This document shows positions 45,322 through 54,765 of a stretch of DNA of 64,000 nt, one piece after another. The notes under the pieces were generated by a model that saw nothing but the letters and a program-made list of their open reading frames with translations, searched no databases and was not told the origin of the DNA. The DNA lies in NCBI GenBank assembly GCA_035463475.1, contig DATHTE010000014.1, positions 2,750 to 66,749 of the forward strand, written 5' to 3'. Numbering within the stretch: position 1 is the first letter of the stretch; each line of letters begins with the position of its first letter. Source of the DNA: Vicinamibacterales bacterium. GTDB lineage: Bacteria > Acidobacteriota > Vicinamibacteria > Vicinamibacterales > 2-12-FULL-66-21. The position numbers and the translations under genes were made by a program.

Positions 45322-46488
45322 CTACCTGTGTCGTTCGAGATCGGGCATGACGTCGGGCGGCACCGGCTCCGCCTTGCGGCCGCGCGCTTCCTTCGCCTGG
45401 CGCGAGAGCTCGGCGACCAGCTGTTCGCGCTTGAGATAGAGGTCCCTGCGAGCGCGCCTGCCGCGCTCGGACGCGAGCGCGTATTCGCAGAAGAGCGGAA
45501 ACGCGATCGTCGAGTCGGCGTACGCCACCACCGTGTCCGGCAGCACGCCCGGATTCACTTTCCCCCAGCTCACCGCTTCCGACGGCGTCGCGCCCGACAG
45601 ACCGCCCCACACCACCTGGTCGGTGGTGATCTGGATGAAGTAGTCGTTTCCCCCTTTGGGGATCCCGTACACCTCCCAGAGCGTGGGCTGTCCCTGCAGA
45701 TAGAAGTTCTTCGGCGAGCCTCCACCCAGGATCACGCACCCGTTCTTCCGCCCTGCCAGGATGATCGCGCAGACCTCGTTCACGTCGAGGCTCGGGTCGA
45801 TCATCAGCGTGCCGCCGTTCATCAGCTCGTGATAGGCGATGTTCATCCCGATCGAGCTGTCCCCCGGCGACGAGGTGTAGATCGGCACGTGGCACTTCGC
45901 CGCGCGGGCGACCACCGAGTGTTCCTCGCAGCCGGGGAACTTCTGCAGCAGGTCGCGGCCGAGCCGGCAGTGTAGTTCCGCAGTGGACATCGCCCCCGAC
46001 AGCCGTTCGCGCACGAGGAAGTCGCGAATGTACTTGTCGGTCTCGAGCAGCACGTCCGACGGGAACAGTACGTCGTAGATCCGGATAATCCCCTGTTCGT
46101 ACAGCTCCACGTCGTCCAGGAAGGGGGAACCGCGGTGGAGCGTGAAGTTCATCGCGTAATGCAGGTCGTGATAGAGGTTCGCGCCCGTGCTGATGACGAA
46201 ATCCACCAGGCCGCGCTCCATCAGCTCGATCACACAGCCGCCGAGGCCGGCAGGGGTGAGCGCGCCCGCGACCGTGAGCCCGATGGTGGTGTCGTTCTCG
46301 GGGGCCAGCATCTTGTCGGTGAAGATCTGGCAGGCCTCGGCCAGGCGCCCGGCGTTGAACGCCTGGAACCCCTCGTCGATTAACTGCCGGATGTCCTGGC
46401 TGCCGCGGGGGCGGTAGTAGCGAATCGGCCGGCCCGTCAGGTACTTCTGCGGATTGTGGCCCGGCGACCCGGGTGCGCGATGGGGCAC
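45322..46488 (-). CDS. Deoxyhypusine synthase-like protein
   Basis: GLTVAGALTPAGLGG, FVISTGANLYHDLH and YTSSPGDSSIGMN. 388 aa. Confidence 0.8.
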   Translation of the reverse strand: MPHRAPGSPGHNPQKYLTGRPIRYYRPRGSQDIRQLIDEGFQAFNAGRLAEACQIFTDKMLAPENDTTIGLTVAGALTPAGLGGCVIELMERGLVDFVISTGANLYHDLHYAMNFTLHRGSPFLDDVELYEQGIIRIYDVLFPSDVLLETDKYIRDFLVRERLSGAMSTAELHCRLGRDLLQKFPGCEEHSVVARAAKCHVPIYTSSPGDSSIGMNIAYHELMNGGTLMIDPSLDVNEVCAIILAGRKNGCVILGGGSPKNFYLQGQPTLWEVYGIPKGGNDYFIQITTDQVVWGGLSGATPSEAVSWGKVNPGVLPDTVVAYADSTIAFPLFCEYALASERGRRARRDLYLKREQLVAELSRQAKEARGRKAEPVPPDVMPDLERHR

Positions 46489-46609
46489 GTGACGTCCTCC
46501 AGCGGGGGAGAATGGCCGCAGGCTCGCTCAAGTTTACCGCACGAACGGCCGAAAAATATTGACAGACCGGCCGCCGCCGGAGGATTGTACTTATCTCCCC
46601 CGCCGCAGA

Positions 46610-47041
46610 ATGAACGATTCCGCCGCCCTGTGGGTGCTCGTGGCTGTCCTCGTTGCGGCCGTCGCCGCGTTCACCTGGGGTGTGTTCCGGAAGGGGCGCC
46701 AGATGGCTGGCGAGCACGTATTCCGGGCGAGCCGCCTGAGCTCCGGCAACCGGCTGTTTCCGACCCAGGTGGCCATCACCCCCACCAGCGTCGTGCACTA
46801 CCAGCCGCAGTGGATCGGCCGGTTGGAACATTCAATCCACCTGGCGCACGTCGCATCGGTCAGGATCGACACGAACCTCCTCTTCTCCGACGTCTACATC
46901 GAGACGAGCGGCGGCGCCGCGCCGATTCGCTGCCGCGGACACCGGAAGGGTGACGCGGAAGCCATGAAGCGGCTGATCGAGCGCTTCCAGTCCGAGTATT
47001 ACCAGGGACGGCCCACGCCCACGGGCCAGGGAACGGTGTGA
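46610..47041 (+). CDS. Small membrane protein with bacterial PH-like domain (tentative)
   Basis: Start at MNDSAALWVLVAVLVAAVAAF (TM segment), followed by a ~100-aa soluble part. Its stop abuts the sigma54 activator start. Confidence 0.4.
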   Translation: MNDSAALWVLVAVLVAAVAAFTWGVFRKGRQMAGEHVFRASRLSSGNRLFPTQVAITPTSVVHYQPQWIGRLEHSIHLAHVASVRIDTNLLFSDVYIETSGGAAPIRCRGHRKGDAEAMKRLIERFQSEYYQGRPTPTGQGTV

Positions 47042-47042
47042 C

Positions 47043-48383
47043 GTGGACCCCATGACCGTGCCGGTCCGGCAGCCGACGGAGCTGGAAGCGCGGTTCCAGA
47101 CACTCGTCCAGTCCCCGCTGCGGGCGGGGTTGCTGCGCTTCCTGCGTTCCAGGCCGGACGAATCCCTCGACATCGAGTCGCTGATGCAGACCTTCGGCCG
47201 CATGCGGCTGGACGTGGACAACTGCATCCGCGAATTGGTCGCCTTCGGCCTCGTGCAGCGCCTCGGGCCCGCATCCCATCCGCGCTTTGCGTTCAAGCCC
47301 CCGGAGAGCGCCGCGCTCGTGGCGATCCTGGAGGACTTCTTCCAGAGCCGCGCCACGGTCAGCCACGAGGACCGTTCCCCGTCGGTGCAGCGGTTCCGCG
47401 AGATGATCGGCCGCGACGAGAAGATGCTCATCATCTTCGAGTGGATCCGGACCGCCGCGAAATCAGACATTTCGGTGCTGATTCTCGGCCCGACCGGGTC
47501 GGGCAAGGAAGTGGTCGCGCGCATGATCCACGAGCTGAGCCGCCGCGGGACCAACCGGTTCCAGGCGGTGAACTGCGCGGCGCTCCCCGACACGCTGTTC
47601 GAATCGGAGATCTTCGGCTACGAGAAAGGTGCGTTCACCGGCGCCCACGAGCGCAAGCCCGGACGGCTCGAGCTGGCGAACAACGGCACGCTCTTCCTCG
47701 ACGAGATCGGCGATCTCTCCATCGTCGCCCAGGCCAAGCTTCTGCGCGTCCTCGAGGATCGGCGCTTCGAGCGGCTCGGCGGCAACCAGTCGATCGAAGT
47801 GAACTTCCGCCTGATCTCCGCGACCAACCGCCCGCTCGACCTGTTCGTGCGCGATGGCCGTTTCCGCGAGGACCTTTACTACCGGGTCAACGCGTTTTCG
47901 ATCCGGCTGCCGTCGCTGCGAGAGCGGGCGATCGACATCCCGGTGCTCGCGCAGCGGTTCCTCGCCCGCTACTGCATCAACAACGGTCTGCCGATCGATG
48001 CGAAGGCGTTCTCCAAGGACGCCGTGGACGTGCTGATGCAGTATCACTGGCCGGGCAACATCCGCGAGCTCGAGAGCACGGTCTCGCGCGCGGCGCTGTC
48101 CTGCTCGGACCGGTTGATTCGCCAGCAGGACATCGAGTTCCTCCACGCCCAGGAAGCGCCGAGCGACACCTCCCACGAGCGCATGCCGTCGCTGCGGGAA
48201 GCCGAACGGGCTCACATCAGCCGGGTGCTCGAGAGCGTCGACTGGAACAAGAAACAGGCGGCGCGCATCCTGGACATCAGCCGCGGCACGCTCTACCGGA
48301 AGATCCTCGAATACAATCTTGAAAGCGAGCCCACAAAACAGTCTCGAAACGGAACAGCCCGCGTGAGCCACGACGCGCAATAA
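47043..48383 (+). CDS. Sigma54-dependent transcriptional activator (bEBP) with non-receiver N-terminal domain
   Basis: AAA+ core GPTGSGKEVVARMIH, GAFTGA loop, ELANNGTLFLDEI and RFREDLYYRV. The C-terminal Fis-type HTH is AARILDISRGTLYRKI. Confidence 0.9.
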   Translation: MDPMTVPVRQPTELEARFQTLVQSPLRAGLLRFLRSRPDESLDIESLMQTFGRMRLDVDNCIRELVAFGLVQRLGPASHPRFAFKPPESAALVAILEDFFQSRATVSHEDRSPSVQRFREMIGRDEKMLIIFEWIRTAAKSDISVLILGPTGSGKEVVARMIHELSRRGTNRFQAVNCAALPDTLFESEIFGYEKGAFTGAHERKPGRLELANNGTLFLDEIGDLSIVAQAKLLRVLEDRRFERLGGNQSIEVNFRLISATNRPLDLFVRDGRFREDLYYRVNAFSIRLPSLRERAIDIPVLAQRFLARYCINNGLPIDAKAFSKDAVDVLMQYHWPGNIRELESTVSRAALSCSDRLIRQQDIEFLHAQEAPSDTSHERMPSLREAERAHISRVLESVDWNKKQAARILDISRGTLYRKILEYNLESEPTKQSRNGTARVSHDAQ

Positions 48384-48615
48384 CAGGCAAACGTTGTCCC
48401 GGCAGGCACTTAACGGTGTGTCGCGGCGGAACACCCGCACGCTCTGTCCGCTCAGCAGTAAACTGTTGACTGTGCGTGACTTCCCTCGGCCGGTGTTCCA
48501 TGACGGCACAGGAGCAGGTTCGGATGGCGCGATCTGACGCGCCTCCAGCACCCCCTGCGGGTCCCGCAACTCCTTGAATCTGAGAGGAATCACGGTTCCG
48601 ACCGATATGTGCGGT

Positions 48616-48633
48616 GTGGGGCAGCGCTCTTGC
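48616..48633 (+). promoter_or_regulatory. Candidate sigma54 (-24/-12) promoter TGGGGCAG-CGCTC-TTGCA
   Basis: The GG and GC dinucleotides are spaced as in TGGCAC-N5-TTGCW. It lies ~40 nt upstream of the S8 protease ATG and downstream of the bEBP gene. Confidence 0.5.
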
Positions 48634-48674
48634 ACACTCCCGCGCGTTCGGCACAGGCACCCTGCGGAACTGCA

Positions 48675-50306
48675 ATGCTGACGCGTCTGCTCCTCGCGCT
48701 CGCGGTGCTGTGTGCTGCCGCTCCCGCCCGGGCGGGGCACGCAGGCGATCCACCCACCAGCGACCTTCCCAGCGGCCGCGTTGGAGGCGCCACCCGCGTC
48801 ATCGTCCAGGCCCGCGACGGCCAGTCGCTCGAGACACTCTTTGAGTTGGTTGGCGCGAGACGGGTCCGCAGCCTGCGCGCCGTCGGAGCCGACGTTGTCG
48901 AAGTCGACGACGCGGCGCTGCCGACGCTGGCCGGTGACCCGCGCGTGCGTGCCGTCAGCGTGGATCGTCCGGTGGCGTCCACCATGGAGCGCGCCGCGGC
49001 TGCAGTCGGCGCCCGCTGGGTGCGCGAGTCGCTGGGGTTCGACGGCGCCGGCGTCGGCGTCGCGCTCGTGGACTCGGGGGTCACGGCGTGGCACGACGAT
49101 CTGGCCGGTCATGCCGGGCAGCGCGTCGTGCATTTCGTGGACTTCGTGAACCGCAGGCCGAACGCGTACGACGACTTCGGACACGGTACGCATGTCGCCG
49201 GAATCGTCGCGGGCAACGGATTCACCTCGGACGGCGCGCGAGCGGGCATCGCGCCCGGCGCGTCGCTCGTGGCGCTGAAAGTGCTCGACGAGTCCGGAGA
49301 CGGCTACGTGAGCGATGTCATCGCGGCGATCGACTACGCCATCGAGCACCGCGACGAGTTCAACATCCGCGTCATGAACCTGTCGGTCGCCGCGGCGCCT
49401 ACCGAGTCGTACCACACGGACCCGCTCACGCTGGCGGCACGGCGCGCGACCGAGGCGGGGATCGTCGTGGTGTGCGCGTCGGGCAACATGGGACGGACCG
49501 CCGCGGGAGAGTCAATCTACGGCGGCATCACGGCGCCGGGCAACGCGCCGTGGGTGCTCACGGTCGGCGCTGCGACACACAACGGCACGGTCGAGCGCGA
49601 AGACGACACGGTCGCGTCGTTCAGCTCCCGCGGTCCGACGCGCTTCGACAACGCAGCCAAGCCGGACATCGTAGCGCCGGGGGTCGGGATCGAGTCGCTC
49701 AGCCAGCCGGGGAGCGCGCTGTACCGGGCGCGGCCGCAGATGCGGCTGTGGGGCACGGTGGAAACGGCGGACCCGCCGTACTTCAGCATGTCCGGGACGA
49801 GCATGGCCGCGCCGGTGGTCGCCGGGACGGTCGCGCTCATGGTCCAGGCAAATCCGTCGCTCACGCCCAACGCCATCAAGGCGATCCTCCAGTACACGGC
49901 CGAACCGCGCAAAGACCTCGACCTCCTCACGCAGGGCGCCGGGTTCCTGAACGCTCGCGGCGCGGTCCAACTGGCGGCGTGGTTCGGCACGCCTGACGCT
50001 CCGGTAGACGAAGACACCACGACGTGGAGCCGCCGGATCCACTGGGGCAATCACCGCGTCAGTGGCGGCGTGATCATGCCCGACGCCAGCGCGTGGGCCG
50101 CGAGCACCATCTGGGGCGCCGCGTTTGACGCGAACGGCGACAACATCGTGTGGGGGACGATGGCTGGAAGCGAAGGGCTTCTGTGGGGCACCGCGTGCGC
50201 GACCGAGCGTTGCGAGAGCATCGCCTGGGGCGCGCCCGGCGACGACAACTTCGTGTGGGGCACGTCAGACGACCAGGAAATCGTCTGGGGCGCCAGGAGA
50301 CGGTAA
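48675..50306 (+). CDS. Secreted S8 (subtilisin-family) serine peptidase with C-terminal (I/F)VWG repeats
   Basis: Signal peptide MLTRLLLALAVLCAAAPARA. The catalytic triad contexts are ALVDSGV, HGTHVAGIVAG and SGTSMAAPVVAG. Confidence 0.88.
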   Translation: MLTRLLLALAVLCAAAPARAGHAGDPPTSDLPSGRVGGATRVIVQARDGQSLETLFELVGARRVRSLRAVGADVVEVDDAALPTLAGDPRVRAVSVDRPVASTMERAAAAVGARWVRESLGFDGAGVGVALVDSGVTAWHDDLAGHAGQRVVHFVDFVNRRPNAYDDFGHGTHVAGIVAGNGFTSDGARAGIAPGASLVALKVLDESGDGYVSDVIAAIDYAIEHRDEFNIRVMNLSVAAAPTESYHTDPLTLAARRATEAGIVVVCASGNMGRTAAGESIYGGITAPGNAPWVLTVGAATHNGTVEREDDTVASFSSRGPTRFDNAAKPDIVAPGVGIESLSQPGSALYRARPQMRLWGTVETADPPYFSMSGTSMAAPVVAGTVALMVQANPSLTPNAIKAILQYTAEPRKDLDLLTQGAGFLNARGAVQLAAWFGTPDAPVDEDTTTWSRRIHWGNHRVSGGVIMPDASAWAASTIWGAAFDANGDNIVWGTMAGSEGLLWGTACATERCESIAWGAPGDDNFVWGTSDDQEIVWGARRR

Positions 50307-50324
50307 CCAGGAGCTGGTCAACAG

Positions 50325-52811
50325 GTGTTCAGGGACCTTCCCATTCTCGCCAAGCTCTACGTGGGGACCGTCGTCCTGGTGGGCGCGGTCCTGCTCCTCG
50401 CCTTTTTCCCCTACAGTCACTTTGCCCGCCCGTTCATCTTCGTGATGATGCTGGTGCTCTCCTCGCTCACGTCGATGTTCAAGGTGCAGCTCCCGCTCAC
50501 CCGCAGCGGCTCGACGATGTCGGTGTCGTACGCGGTGGACTTCGCGTCGCTGCTGCTGCTCGGTCCTCACGAGACAATGCTCGTGGCGACGGCGAGCGCG
50601 TGGAGCCAGTGCACCTTCCGGATCCGCGAGCGCAACCCGGTGCACCGCACGCTGTTCAGCATGGCGTGCCTCGCCATCACCGTGCAGGGGGCCGGACACG
50701 TGTACCTCTGGCTCGGCGGCGTCCCGGGCGACATCGCGCTGAGCATGCTGCCCAAGCCGCTGGTCGGCGCGGCGACGACCTACTTCGTCATCAACACGTT
50801 CACGATCGCGACCGCGATCGCGCTGTCCACGCGGCAGCCGCTGTTCAAGGTCTGGAACGAGAACTTCCTGTGGAGCGCGCCGAGCTACTTCGTCGGCGCG
50901 ATCGCCGCCGCGCTCGCTTCGTGGGTCGTGCAGTCCTCGAGCCTCTGGTTCGTGCCGCTCGCGCTGGCGCCACTCTACCTGACGTACCGCACCTACAAGG
51001 TGTATCTGGGCCGCATCGAGGACGAGCGGCGGCACGTGCAGCAGATGTCCGACCTGCACCTGGCGACGATCGAGGCGCTGGCGCTCGCGATCGACGCCAA
51101 GGACCAGACGTCGCAGACGCACATCCGGCGCGTGCAGCTTTACGCGGCGTCGCTCGCGCGGTCCCTCGACATGGCGGAGAACGAGATCCAGGGCGTGAAG
51201 ACGGCGGCGTTGCTGCACGACATCGGCAAGCTCGCCGTGCCCGAGCACATTCTCTCGAAGCCGGGGCCGCTGACGCAGGAAGAGTTCCAGAAGATCCGCG
51301 CTCATCCGAAGGTCGGCGCCGAGATCATCGGCGCCGTGCCGTTCCCGTATCCGGTGTCGCCGCTCATCCTGAGCCACCACGAGCGCTGGGACGGCAAGGG
51401 CTACCCGCACGGGTTGCGCGGCGAAGAGGTTCCGCTCGGCGCGCGCATCCTGTCGGTGGTGGACTACTTCGACGCGCTGATGGCGGAACGGCCGTACCAC
51501 AAGGCCATGAGCCAGGAGTCCGCGGTGGCGCTCCTGCGCCAGGAGGCGGGGAAGGGGCTCGACCCGGTGATCGTCGACCGGTTCATCGAGATGCTGCCCG
51601 ACCTGCAGCGTGAGGCGGCAACGCTGGAGCAGCAGACCGTGCGGCGCCTGAGCCTCGAGGCGGAGCCATCCGTGAGCAAACCGGCGACGGGGCTCTCGCC
51701 GGAGCCGACGAAGAAGAAGAACGTGTTCGAGGACATCGCGCTCGCGCACCGCGAGATCTACGCTCTGTACGAGATCGCCCAGGCGATGGGCACCAGCCTC
51801 GGGGTCTCGGACACCATGGCGCTCATCGCCGCCAAGCTGACGAACCTGGTGCCGTTCTCCTGCTGCGCCCTGTTCCTCTACGACGAGGACACGGACACGC
51901 TGAAGTGCAAGTTCGCGACGGGTGTCGACGCCGAGACCATCCTGCAGCTGCAGGTGCGAAGCGGCGAGGGGTTGACGGGCTGGGTCGCCCGCAACCGCCG
52001 GCCGCTCGTCAACGCGAGGCCCAGCGCGGATCTGGACGCGGGCGGCATGGGGCACGCGACCACGATGCTGCAGTCCGCGCTGGTGTGCCCGCTGGTCTTC
52101 AACGAGCGCTTCATCGGCACGCTGACCGTCTACCACACGCAGGCGGCGTTCTACTCGGACGACCACCGGCGGCTGCTGGATCGGATCTCCGAGCAGGCCT
52201 CGGCGGTCATCAACAACTCGATCGTGTTCGAGCAGACGCAGGAGGACTCGCTGACCGATCCGCTGACGGCGCTCCCGAACACGCGGTTCCTGTTCATGCA
52301 CCTGAGCCGCGAGCTCGCGCGCGCCGAGCGCCTGAAGACCGAGGTCTCGCTGCTCGTCATGGACCTCGATCACTTCAAGGACATCAACGACAACCACGGG
52401 CACCACATCGGCGACCGCGCGCTCTGCGAGGTGGCGCGCGTGCTGCGGACCGCGATCCGCCCGTACGACATCTGCGTCCGCTACGCCGGCGACGAGTTCA
52501 TCGTCGTGCTCTCCGGCTGCGGCGCGGACGAGGCCGAACGCAAGCGCGTGGAGCTCCAGCGTGCCGTGGACGACGTCTATTTCGAGGCGCGCCCGGGGAA
52601 GCGGCTGCCGCTCGGCATCAGCATCGGTTGCGCCGTGTTCCCCCAGGACGGCGAGTCGTACGAGACGCTGCTCGCGACGGCCGACAGCCGGATGTACCAG
52701 GACAAGGCGACCCGCAAGCGCCTGCCGGGCGACATCATAGGGTCCCCCGGCGACTGGACCCTGATGATCAGCGCCTACGATCTGGAGCGCGCGGCGGCCG
52801 GTCTGCTCTGA
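50325..52811 (+). CDS. Membrane-bound HD-GYP / GAF / GGDEF multidomain c-di-GMP signalling protein
   Basis: N-terminal multi-TM region, then HDIGKLAVPE..HHERWDGKGYPHGL (HD-GYP), a GAF-like segment, and RYAGDEF within a GGDEF domain. Confidence 0.88.
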   Translation: MFRDLPILAKLYVGTVVLVGAVLLLAFFPYSHFARPFIFVMMLVLSSLTSMFKVQLPLTRSGSTMSVSYAVDFASLLLLGPHETMLVATASAWSQCTFRIRERNPVHRTLFSMACLAITVQGAGHVYLWLGGVPGDIALSMLPKPLVGAATTYFVINTFTIATAIALSTRQPLFKVWNENFLWSAPSYFVGAIAAALASWVVQSSSLWFVPLALAPLYLTYRTYKVYLGRIEDERRHVQQMSDLHLATIEALALAIDAKDQTSQTHIRRVQLYAASLARSLDMAENEIQGVKTAALLHDIGKLAVPEHILSKPGPLTQEEFQKIRAHPKVGAEIIGAVPFPYPVSPLILSHHERWDGKGYPHGLRGEEVPLGARILSVVDYFDALMAERPYHKAMSQESAVALLRQEAGKGLDPVIVDRFIEMLPDLQREAATLEQQTVRRLSLEAEPSVSKPATGLSPEPTKKKNVFEDIALAHREIYALYEIAQAMGTSLGVSDTMALIAAKLTNLVPFSCCALFLYDEDTDTLKCKFATGVDAETILQLQVRSGEGLTGWVARNRRPLVNARPSADLDAGGMGHATTMLQSALVCPLVFNERFIGTLTVYHTQAAFYSDDHRRLLDRISEQASAVINNSIVFEQTQEDSLTDPLTALPNTRFLFMHLSRELARAERLKTEVSLLVMDLDHFKDINDNHGHHIGDRALCEVARVLRTAIRPYDICVRYAGDEFIVVLSGCGADEAERKRVELQRAVDDVYFEARPGKRLPLGISIGCAVFPQDGESYETLLATADSRMYQDKATRKRLPGDIIGSPGDWTLMISAYDLERAAAGLL

Positions 52812-52886
52812 CTCTGGAGCGCACAGAGCCGCGCTCATTCCCTGGCCCCTTTTCCCTGCGTCCTCTCACGCGACTAGAATCGGTTC

Positions 52887-53573
52887 GTGGCCGCTCTCAC
52901 CTTGCGGGTCCTGAGCAACACGCGTGCGACTCCCACGACGAGGCTCGTGTCGCTGGCGCTCGACGGTCACGCGTTCACGTTCAAGGCGGGGCAGTGGGCG
53001 ATGCTGGGGGAGCCGCAGGCGGCAGGAAAGCCGTACTCGATTGCCAGCGCGCCGCGCGAGGCGGCCTCGACCGGCGCGCTCGCGTTCCTGATCCGCGACG
53101 AAGGTTCGGGCACCGGCCTGGCGCGCCTTCGGCGCGGCGCGGCCGTCCACGTCGACGGACCGCACGGGCGCTTCCTCCTGCCGGACCCGTTCACAGGTGA
53201 CCTCGCGCTGTTCGTCGCTGGAGGGACCGGCATCGCGCCGCTGCGCGCGATGCTCGCCGAGCTGCTCGCTCGCCCGCACCGCCCCGAGTGCGGCGTACTC
53301 TACAGCGCGCGGTCCGCCAACGAGTTCGCGTTCGCACGCGAGCTCCGGACGCTCGCCCGCCAGCGCCGGATTCGGCTCGCCCTGGCCGTGACGCGCGATC
53401 TCCAGAACGGGTGGAAAGGACTGTCGGGCCGGATCGGCCGGGCGCACCTGGCGGAGTTCATCGAAGGGCGCGACTCACAGGCCTTCGTCTGCGGACCGGA
53501 AGGGTTCGTGCGCGACGTCAGGGACGCGCTCGCGGATCTTGGCGTGCAGAGAATCAGAATAGAGGAGCAATGA
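52887..53573 (+). CDS. Ferredoxin-NADP reductase-type FAD/NAD(P)-binding oxidoreductase
   Basis: KPYSIAS (the RxYS motif), FVAGGTGIAPLRAML and FVCGPEGF. Confidence 0.75.
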   Translation: MAALTLRVLSNTRATPTTRLVSLALDGHAFTFKAGQWAMLGEPQAAGKPYSIASAPREAASTGALAFLIRDEGSGTGLARLRRGAAVHVDGPHGRFLLPDPFTGDLALFVAGGTGIAPLRAMLAELLARPHRPECGVLYSARSANEFAFARELRTLARQRRIRLALAVTRDLQNGWKGLSGRIGRAHLAEFIEGRDSQAFVCGPEGFVRDVRDALADLGVQRIRIEEQ

Positions 53574-53575
53574 AA

Positions 53576-53611
53576 GTCGGGCAGTCAGACAGTCAAGCCT
53601 GACTGTCCGAC
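53576..53611. terminator. 13-bp stem hairpin in a convergent gap (GTCGGGCAGTCAG-N10-CTGACTGTCCGAC)
   Basis: One G-T wobble and no U-tract. It could terminate both flanking genes. Confidence 0.5.
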
Positions 53612-53637
53612 TGCTCGACTGTTCGCCTGCCTGACAG

Positions 53638-53946
53638 CTAGGGGTTTACCTGCAGCGTCGACTTGACGTCCTTGACGCCGCCGATCTTTCGGGCGAGCGC
53701 GATGGCCTTGGCCTCTTCCTCCTTGGACTTCACCACGCCGCTCAGGGTCACGACACCGACCGTCGTGTCGACGTCGATCCGCAGCCCGCCCACGTCGGGA
53801 TCATTTAGCAGCGCGGTCTTCACGCGCGTGGTAATCGTGGCATCGTCGATGGTTTCGCCGACCGACTTGCCGCAGGCAGACGTGGCTATCGGCGCCAGCA
53901 TCGCGATCGCGAGCAGGACGGACATCAGTACGCGACGGGTCTTCAT
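53638..53946 (-). CDS. BON-domain lipoprotein (OsmY-like)
   Basis: Lipobox IATSAC, then TTRVKTALLNDPDV..VTLSGVV.S.EE...A..LA..I.GVK.V..L. Confidence 0.8.
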   Translation of the reverse strand: MKTRRVLMSVLLAIAMLAPIATSACGKSVGETIDDATITTRVKTALLNDPDVGGLRIDVDTTVGVVTLSGVVKSKEEEAKAIALARKIGGVKDVKSTLQVNP

Positions 53947-53979
53947 ATTCCAGAATCCTCCGCGCGCGTGGGCTGCAAA

Positions 53980-54753
53980 CTAAATGCCCATCGCGTGGAA
54001 GCCGCAGTCAACCAGCAGCACCTCGGCCGTAACTGCTCGCGCCGCGGGACTCAGCAGGAACATCGCCGCTTCGGCGACCTCGCTCGCTTCCACCGTCCGG
54101 CGCAGGGGCGCGCGGTCGCGGTAGTACTGCAGGATGCTCGAAAACCCGGAGATCCCGGACGCGGCGAGGGTCTTGATCGGCCCGGCGGAAATGGCGTTCA
54201 CACGGATTCCCTGCGGCCCGAGCTCCGACGCGAGATAGCGGACCGAACACTCCAACGCCGCTTTCGCCACCCCCATCACGTTGTAGTTGGTGAACACCCG
54301 CTGGCTGCCCAGGTAGGTCAGCGTGACGATGCTGCCGCCCCCACGGCGCTCCATGAGCGGCGCGGCGCCGCGGGCGAGCGCGATGAGCGAGTACGCGCTC
54401 ACGTCGAGCGCGATGCGAAACCCTTCACGGCTCGTCTGCAGGAAGGGGGCGGCCAGTTCCTCGCGCGGCGCGAACGCGGCGCCGTGCACGAGGAAATCCA
54501 GCCCGCCGAACTCCCGCTCGATGCCGGAGAAGACCGCCGCCACCTGCTCGTCGCTCGTGACGTCGAGCGGCATGAGCAGGGGGCCCTGGAGCTCTGCGGC
54601 CAGCTCGCGCACGTTCTCCCCGAGCCGCTCTCCCTGGTAGGTGATCGCCAGCTTTGCGCCCGCCGCCGCGGCGGCCTGGGCGATGGCCCAGGCGATGGAC
54701 CGCTTGTTCGCGACGCCGACGATCAGCCCTGTCTTCCCCGTCATCGCAGACAT
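53980..54753 (-). CDS. fabI: Enoyl-[acyl-carrier-protein] reductase FabI
   Basis: GLIVGVANKRSIAWAIA, YNVMGVAKAALE and NAISAGPIKT. Confidence 0.9.
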   Translation of the reverse strand: MSAMTGKTGLIVGVANKRSIAWAIAQAAAAAGAKLAITYQGERLGENVRELAAELQGPLLMPLDVTSDEQVAAVFSGIEREFGGLDFLVHGAAFAPREELAAPFLQTSREGFRIALDVSAYSLIALARGAAPLMERRGGGSIVTLTYLGSQRVFTNYNVMGVAKAALECSVRYLASELGPQGIRVNAISAGPIKTLAASGISGFSSILQYYRDRAPLRRTVEASEVAEAAMFLLSPAARAVTAEVLLVDCGFHAMGI

Positions 54754-54765
54754 CCCTGCAGGTTA

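Noticed and set aside
47463-49415. 650-aa minus-strand ORF
   Set aside because: It is antisense to the sigma54 activator and the S8 protease and has no recognisable domains.
50265-52838. 857-aa minus-strand ORF
   Set aside because: It is antisense to the strongly supported HD-GYP/GAF/GGDEF gene. Its composition is low-complexity and Arg/Asp/His-rich. It is a shadow ORF.
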